Source: Oscillospiraceae bacterium (GTDB lineage Bacteria > Bacillota > Clostridia > Oscillospirales > CAG-272). From it: 64,000 nt of DNA. The notes beneath the pieces were generated by a model, which was not told where the DNA came from, did not search any database, and saw only the letters and a list, made by a program, of their open reading frames with translations. Below, piece by piece: positions 58,831 through 64,000 of the stretch (its first letter is position 1; every line of letters begins with the position of its first letter). The position numbers and the translations under genes are program-made. The DNA lies in NCBI GenBank assembly GCA_015064735.1, contig SVRP01000009.1, forward strand, positions 8,474 to 72,473, written 5' to 3'.

Positions 58831-59310
58831 ATGAATACAGAAATTTTAACTCTTCTTGAAAACGATGCCCGTCTTACCCCCGAGCAGCTTTCGGTTATGC
58901 TTAACAAGAGCAAGGACGAGATCGAAAAAGAAATAAACAGAATGGAGCAAAACGGTACTATTCTCGGTTATAAGACAATTATTGACTGGGAAAAGACCGA
59001 AAAAGACCCCGTTATAGCAATGATCGACGTAAAGCTCACGCCTCAGAGAGACAAAGGCTTTGACAGAGTTGCGGAAAAGATATATAACTACCCCGAGGTC
59101 AAGTCTGTTTACCTTATGTCGGGTGCATACGATCTTTCGGTGGTTATTGAAGGAAAGACTATGAAGGAGGTCGCTTCATTCGTTTCCCAGAAGCTCTCCA
59201 CCATAGATGCCGTTAACTCCACCGCTACCCATTTTGTTCTTCACAAGTACAAGGACAAGGGCGTTCTTTATGACGCTCCCGAAATCGATGAGAGAGGAAA
59301 TTTCACCTGA
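58831..59310 (+). CDS. Lrp/AsnC-family regulator (YugG/AlaR-like)
   Basis: HTH plus 'YLMSGAYDL', 'TATHFVL.KYK..G'; coupled to downstream aminotransferase; start moved to ATG 58831. Confidence 0.88.
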   Translation: MNTEILTLLENDARLTPEQLSVMLNKSKDEIEKEINRMEQNGTILGYKTIIDWEKTEKDPVIAMIDVKLTPQRDKGFDRVAEKIYNYPEVKSVYLMSGAYDLSVVIEGKTMKEVASFVSQKLSTIDAVNSTATHFVLHKYKDKGVLYDAPEIDERGNFT

Positions 59311-60476
59311 TGATAGATTACAGTAAAGTTCTTTCCCAAACGGTGGTCAATACACCTAAATCGGGAATACGTAAATTTTTTGATCTTATGAGCACTATGG
59401 ACGACGTAGTCGGTCTTACCGTTGGCGAGCCCGACTTTCAGACGCCTTGGCACATAAGAGAGGCAGGTATTGAAAGCCTTGAGCGAGGTAAGACCTACTA
59501 CACCGCAAATGCAGGTCTTATGCAACTCAGAAGCGAAATTTCAAGCTATATGAACCGCCGCTTCTCGGTCTCCTACAAGCCCGAAAGCGAGGTTATAGTT
59601 ACCGTAGGCGGAAGCGAGGCAATCGATATTGCCTTCCGCTCAATGATAGAATCGGGAGACGAGGTTATCGTTCCCACACCTTCCTTCGTTTGCTACGCGC
59701 CTCTCGTAAAAATGGCGGGTGGAGTTCCCGTTATTCTCGAAACCAAGTTTGAGGACAAATTCAAAATAGATCCCGAAGCACTTAAGGCGGCTATTACTCC
59801 TAAGACCAAGCTTCTGGTTCTTGCATATCCCAACAACCCCACGGGCGCAATTATGACCCGTGAGGACCTTTTGGAAATTGCAGAGGTTATTCGCGACACG
59901 AATATTGTCGTTCTTTCTGACGAAATATATGCTGAGATGACATATTCGGGTAACCACTGCTCTATTGCTTCTATTGATGGCATGTGGGAGCGTACCGTTA
60001 TTTCCAGCGGATTTTCAAAGGCTTTCGCGATGACGGGTTGGCGTCTCGGATACATCTGCGCACCTGCGCCCCTTTGCGAGCAGATGCTTAAGATCCACCA
60101 ATACGGAATAATGTCATCTCCCACCACTGCTCAGTTTGCCGCTATTGAAGCGCTGAAAAACGGCGAGGACGATATAAAAATGATGGTTGACGAGTACAAC
60201 CGTCGCCGCCGTTATATATTCAACGGTCTTAAGAGCATCGGAATTGAATCCTTCGAGCCCGAAGGCGCATTCTATATCTTCCCCAAGATCGGCGACTTCG
60301 GTCTTTCGGGCGAGGAATTCTGCAATAAGCTTCTTTACGAATATAAGTGCGCTATCGTTCCCGGTAACGCGTTCGGCAGCAGCGGCGAGGGATTTGCGAG
60401 AATTTCCTACGCTTACTCCATAAAGCACATAACTCAGGCACTTGAGAGAATTGAAGCCTTTGTTAAGACGCTTTAA
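59310..60476 (+). CDS. class I/II aminotransferase (YugH/AlaT-like)
   Basis: SGIRKFFD, GEPDF.TP, YPNNPTG, DEIY, GFSKAFAMTGWRLG. Confidence 0.92.
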   Translation: MIDYSKVLSQTVVNTPKSGIRKFFDLMSTMDDVVGLTVGEPDFQTPWHIREAGIESLERGKTYYTANAGLMQLRSEISSYMNRRFSVSYKPESEVIVTVGGSEAIDIAFRSMIESGDEVIVPTPSFVCYAPLVKMAGGVPVILETKFEDKFKIDPEALKAAITPKTKLLVLAYPNNPTGAIMTREDLLEIAEVIRDTNIVVLSDEIYAEMTYSGNHCSIASIDGMWERTVISSGFSKAFAMTGWRLGYICAPAPLCEQMLKIHQYGIMSSPTTAQFAAIEALKNGEDDIKMMVDEYNRRRRYIFNGLKSIGIESFEPEGAFYIFPKIGDFGLSGEEFCNKLLYEYKCAIVPGNAFGSSGEGFARISYAYSIKHITQALERIEAFVKTL

Positions 60477-60522
60477 TAAAAAATGCTTAGAGATTATAGC
60501 TGTTCTCTAAAGGACAGTTATT

Positions 60523-60564
60523 CAAAAACACGGCATATCTCGAGAGAGGTATGCCGTGTTTTTG
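60523..60564 (+). terminator. intrinsic terminator
   Basis: caaaaacacggcata...tatgccgtgtttttg. Confidence 0.8.
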
Positions 60565-60703
60565 TATTTGCGGACACAAATGCAGCGCTTCTTATGCTTT
60601 AATTAAAGACTGCAAAACGAGTGACAAAAGTAACGCAAAGGCACTTATGGCAAGTAATTTCCATAAGTGCTTTTTGCTACCTTCCGAGCGGTGCGTCACC
60701 CCT

Positions 60704-60894
60704 CGTGTCATCCTGAGCGGAGGAAGGCGCGTGCGCCGCCCGCAGTCGAACCCGTAGGGCGATGCGTAGCATCGGGATCTACGAGGGAAAAGGATGATAT
60801 TCGCGCCCGAGATCCTGCTCGGCTTTGCCTCGCACTGCTCCGCAGTTCGACTTCGCCAACCGCATTGCGGTTTTGCTACGCTCAGGATGACACG
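60704..60894. mobile_element. palindromic MITE/REP-like element (191 bp)
   Basis: Perfect 16-bp terminal inverted repeat CGTGTCATCCTGAGCG / CGCTCAGGATGACACG, nested inner pairings, GC-rich in AT-rich spacer. Confidence 0.7.
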
Positions 60895-61018
60895 GGCGGA
60901 TTTCGCTTCACAAGAAAATATGTCTTTATTTAAGGCAGCGCTTGTCAGGAAAAATGACAATATAATTCTTACTCTTCCGTAAGGTGCGTTTTACGTTTAA
61001 AAAATTCTTTCGAGTTGC

Positions 61019-61047
61019 TTGATTTTTCTAAAAGTATGTGATATAAT
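61019..61047 (+). promoter_or_regulatory. sigmaA promoter driving structured RNA
   Basis: TTGATT-17nt-(TG)-TATAAT. Confidence 0.7.
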
Positions 61048-61053
61048 AAGTAT

Positions 61054-61262
61054 GCCAAACCAACTGAATATTTTAGCAAAGACTATTTTTATCTTTAGGG
61101 GATAGTTATACCCTTTTGTTGTTACGTCAATAATGAATTTGTTAAAAACGCAAATTCCTACTGACGTGGCATAATTAGGGATAGTTTTTGCTTCTCAGTT
61201 GGTTTGGCGACTATCGGAGTTTGCGTTTTTGGTGCGGTTTACTTCGGTAGCCGCACTTTTTT
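61054..61262 (+). ncRNA. candidate structured ncRNA or leader RNA (family unassigned)
   Basis: 14-bp closing stem 61054-67/61195-208, further nested stems, followed by cTTCGg-loop terminator and T6. Confidence 0.6.
61232..61262 (+). terminator. intrinsic terminator or attenuator
   Basis: gtgcggtttac-ttcg-gtagccgcac-tttttt. Confidence 0.75.
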
Positions 61263-61282
61263 ATATACTGATGGGAGGATAT

Positions 61283-61516
61283 ATGAGCAAAAATATTCCC
61301 AAAAATGTTATCGATATTACCGGCATAGAACTTATGCCCGGAGAACCTCTCGTTTGTCTTGGAAATGGGGAGCAAGGCTTTGAGTGTTGTTGCGACGAAT
61401 GTGCCTACTATTTGCTTTGTTATCCTGAATTTGACGCAAAAAACAATCAAGGAAATATTGCCGAGAATAATGTTTATATTTCTCAATCGCATAAAAAGGA
61501 CGAGGAATTATTATAA
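61283..61516 (+). CDS. small Cys-rich hypothetical protein (77 aa)
   Basis: GGGAGG RBS; C-LGNG....ECCCDEC.Y...C motif. Confidence 0.6.
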   Translation: MSKNIPKNVIDITGIELMPGEPLVCLGNGEQGFECCCDECAYYLLCYPEFDAKNNQGNIAENNVYISQSHKKDEELL

Positions 61517-61597
61517 TTCCTCGTCCTTTCCTGTCGGGATGTAACGTATTCAAAAACCGTTCTTAAGAGTACTTCGGATTGTCTCTGAGCTTTTTTA

Positions 61598-61996
61598 TTA
61601 GTCCTCGTCGTCATCATCTTCTTCGGACAAATTCGCTTCTGCGGCTATTTCGTCAAGTAGTTCCTCTTCCTCGGATGCTCTGATTGCCTTTTCATTGGCA
61701 ATTCTTTCGGCACGGGCCTGCTTCGCTTCCTCAATAGCGGATGCAACACTTTTAATCTTTTCACGGACTGTATCTATATTGTCAACCACAGGAGCTATTT
61801 TTTCAGCCTGAGAAATTCCCGTCTTCAGCTGTCTGTAAGTAAGCTTTCCAAGGGTCTCGTATTCCTTGTTTCTTTTGTTTTCAAGAGCTCTGAGTTTAAT
61901 ATGGAGCGAGGTAATATCAGCGACCTCTCCGGTTCCCTTTATAGCCGATTTTGCCATTCTCTTAGCAGAGGATTTTATTTTTTCCCAATTAGCCAT
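61598..61996 (-). CDS. hypothetical coiled-coil protein with acidic tail
   Basis: Helical Lys/Glu/Ala-rich sequence; AAAGGAG RBS before ATG 61996 (alternative TTG 62014 also has an RBS). Confidence 0.7.
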   Translation of the reverse strand: MANWEKIKSSAKRMAKSAIKGTGEVADITSLHIKLRALENKRNKEYETLGKLTYRQLKTGISQAEKIAPVVDNIDTVREKIKSVASAIEEAKQARAERIANEKAIRASEEEELLDEIAAEANLSEEDDDDED

Positions 61997-62061
61997 AATC
62001 TTCTCCTTTAGCAATATTATCTCCTTTATTATACACTATTTATCCTCAATTGTAAATAGCA

Positions 62062-62090
62062 GAATAAAAAAAGTTTATACGGGAAAACTT
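62062..62090 (+). promoter_or_regulatory. possible forespore sigmaF/sigmaG-type promoter
   Basis: GAATA-15nt-GGAAAACT upstream of spoVAC. Confidence 0.35.
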
Positions 62091-62128
62091 TTATTAATAT
62101 ATCAGTTCAAATCTGCAAAGGAGAAAAA

Positions 62129-62581
62129 ATGAATATAGATAAGGAACAGTACAAAAAATATGCCGCTGCTCACGCGCCAAAATCCCCTATCATAAAAGAC
62201 TGCGCTCTCGCCTTTCTGTTCGGCGGAATAATATGCGTCATAGGAGAATTCCTGATAAATATATATTCTGTTTACGCAAATATGGCTTTTTCGGATGCTT
62301 CAAGTCTTTCATCCATTACCCTTATATTTATTGCGGTAGCCCTTACTGCCATAGGAGTTTTTGACAAAATCGCTAAGCTGGCGGGTGCCGGCACTCTTGT
62401 GCCCATTACGGGATTTGCGAACTCGGTCGCATCTCCCGCGATAGATAGCCATTCCGAGGGTCTTGTTCTTGGTGTAGGCGCAAAAATATTCACGGTTGCG
62501 GGTCCCGTTCTTCTTTACGGAACTCTTGCAGGTGCCGTTTACGGAGTAATTTATTATATTGCTACCGGATTTTTCACTTGA
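62129..62581 (+). CDS. spoVAC: stage V sporulation protein AC
   Basis: AFLFGG.IC..G, AGAGTLVPITGFANS, EG.VLGVG.K.F..AGPV. Confidence 0.92.
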   Translation: MNIDKEQYKKYAAAHAPKSPIIKDCALAFLFGGIICVIGEFLINIYSVYANMAFSDASSLSSITLIFIAVALTAIGVFDKIAKLAGAGTLVPITGFANSVASPAIDSHSEGLVLGVGAKIFTVAGPVLLYGTLAGAVYGVIYYIATGFFT

Positions 62582-63056
62582 CAGCCTTTTGAGGATTTCC
62601 GCAATACCCTTTTGCCATAACGAACACCACGTACCTTCCCTCTCTTATGACTCTTATTCCGTCGCAAAGCGATGAAAATCCCGTTCCGTTAAGGGCAACT
62701 CGCAAAAGCTGCAATCGGTTCATACACATGAATTCCACGCTTCTTGCGTCGGTTGCCGAATAACATTTAAACACCGCGATTTCGCACGGCTCTCCGGATG
62801 ATACGAAAAGAGCGTATTCCTCCATAAGCGAGAAGTAGCGTTCCGAGTCCTCACCGTACATGGCTTTTCTCATGCTCTCGGTAAAGTACCCGTCTGTCCC
62901 CGCCTCGCTGTGCGAGCGGTATATTTTTCCGGCAGGTAAATTTTTTACGTCGTCGGTTATCCCGTTCAAGATTTTCTCGCAAGGCTTATTATTCGTTCCG
63001 CAGCAAACCAGACTCAAAGCAACCGCCAATATCAATATCAAAGAAAAAAATCTCAT
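62574..63056 (-). CDS. hypothetical lipoprotein
   Basis: Hydrophobic signal ending LVCC-G; 'EIAVFKC', 'GRYVVF'; GGAGG RBS before ATG 63056. Confidence 0.65.
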   Translation of the reverse strand: MRFFSLILILAVALSLVCCGTNNKPCEKILNGITDDVKNLPAGKIYRSHSEAGTDGYFTESMRKAMYGEDSERYFSLMEEYALFVSSGEPCEIAVFKCYSATDARSVEFMCMNRLQLLRVALNGTGFSSLCDGIRVIREGRYVVFVMAKGYCGNPQKAVK

Positions 63057-63118
63057 AAGATCCTCCGTAAATGCTTTTACAGAGTATTTTATGAGATTTT
63101 TTCTTTTTTCATAACCTG

Positions 63119-63694
63119 TCAACCTGAAAAGCCCTTTCCTCCAACAACTCCCGAAACCGTTTTGGCAATAATCTTTATATCCTCGGCGATGCTGATATTC
63201 CTCAAATACCTTACGTCAAGCCTTGCCTTTTCTATATCTTCAATCTCATCCCTGCCGTTCACCTGCGCAAGTCCCGTTATTCCCGGACGGATGCGATACA
63301 CACCGCATCTTTGCCGAAGTCGGTGTATCTCGCCCTCTCCCGCAATAAGCGGTCTCGGACCTACGAGGCTCATGTCCCCTAAAAAAACATTTAAAAGCTG
63401 GGGAAGCTCATCCAAGCTGCATCTTCGCAACACTGCCCCCACGGGAGTTATATAATCCCTTGAATTTTCAAATCTCGCGGTAGGGAGACCGTCCGGTGCC
63501 CACCTGTACATGGTTCTGAATTTATAGCAAACGAAAATTCTTCCGTCCTTACCTACACGTTCCTGCTTGAATATTGCGCCTCCTCGAGACGTAAGCATAA
63601 TTATAAACGATATAATAAGCATTGGAAGCGCGAGAAATATCAAAAGCAATCCCGACAGCAAAATATCAAGAATTCTTTTTACGGTTATATACAC
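63119..63694 (-). CDS. bacterial sugar transferase (priming phosphoglycosyltransferase, small PglC-like)
   Basis: KRILDI, F.QERVG..G..F..YKFRTM, SLDELPQL.NV..GDMSLVGPRP, PGITGLAQVNGR. Confidence 0.93.
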   Translation of the reverse strand: MYITVKRILDILLSGLLLIFLALPMLIISFIIMLTSRGGAIFKQERVGKDGRIFVCYKFRTMYRWAPDGLPTARFENSRDYITPVGAVLRRCSLDELPQLLNVFLGDMSLVGPRPLIAGEGEIHRLRQRCGVYRIRPGITGLAQVNGRDEIEDIEKARLDVRYLRNISIAEDIKIIAKTVSGVVGGKGFSG

Positions 63695-63825
63695 TCGACC
63701 TCACTTCCTCTCCCCGTAAAATTAGGATATGTATTTTCAGGGAAATAATTCAATTCGTTAAAATGTTGATTTTTTCTTGACTATATGCTATTATATTATT
63801 GAGATAAATTCGGGAGGTGTCTTGT

Positions 63826-64000
63826 ATGATACTTAATATTGTTCTGATTACAGCAGCCGTTTTGGTGATATGGTTTTTTTCAAGTCTTCTTTTCTTTTAT
63901 CTTGCCTGCTCACAGTACAGAGTTCCCGACAAAAGCACTGCATGCGGTGGGCACGACGTTCCGGAACGCGCAGTTAAGGCTCTGCGAGAAGCGCAGATAT
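63826..64000 (+). CDS. partial CDS with N-terminal membrane anchor (runs off right edge)
   Basis: GGAGGTG RBS, ATG 63826, open frame MILNIVLITAAVLVIWFFSSLLFFYLAC... to window end. Confidence 0.6.
   Translation, partial: MILNIVLITAAVLVIWFFSSLLFFYLACSQYRVPDKSTACGGHDVPERAVKALREAQI

Noticed and set aside
60551-60982. Four overlapping short ORFs
   Set aside because: Produced by the GC-rich palindromic element; no RBS or protein-like features.

Overview
64-kb chromosomal window from an anaerobic, probably endospore-forming Clostridia-type firmicute. This is inferred from spoVAC, sigmaA-type TTGACA/TATAAT promoters and GGAGG RBSs. I found no rRNA, tRNA, CRISPR array, transposase or prophage. Left to right: a partial GH29 fucosidase and amino-sugar genes (nagA, ROK kinase); an ECF S-component with a MocR regulator; a minus-strand unit of a Pmp-repeat surface protein, a secreted PLD-LamG-metallophosphoesterase and mgsA; sugar kinase, transport and GDPD genes; two duplicated exported proteins; an aryl-acid operon (paaK-iorAB-paaK-ACT-amidohydrolase-aminotransferase); a 12-gene cluster mdh-fumC-hdrBCA-flxDCBA-frdBA-AAE transporter; an atypical ClC; an uncharacterised glycyl-radical enzyme with activase; a degenerate UxaC homologue; gltX-glnS and other housekeeping genes. 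The 12-gene cluster looks like a complete soluble, electron-bifurcating oxaloacetate-to-succinate pathway with its own exporter. Non-coding highlights are a ~210-nt structured RNA candidate with its own promoter, terminator and alternative pairings (61054-61262), a 191-bp palindromic MITE-like element, a 4-copy 30-bp palindrome family, and a hairpin that sequesters an RBS and start codon. All functional calls come from motifs recognised by eye; no database searches were run.
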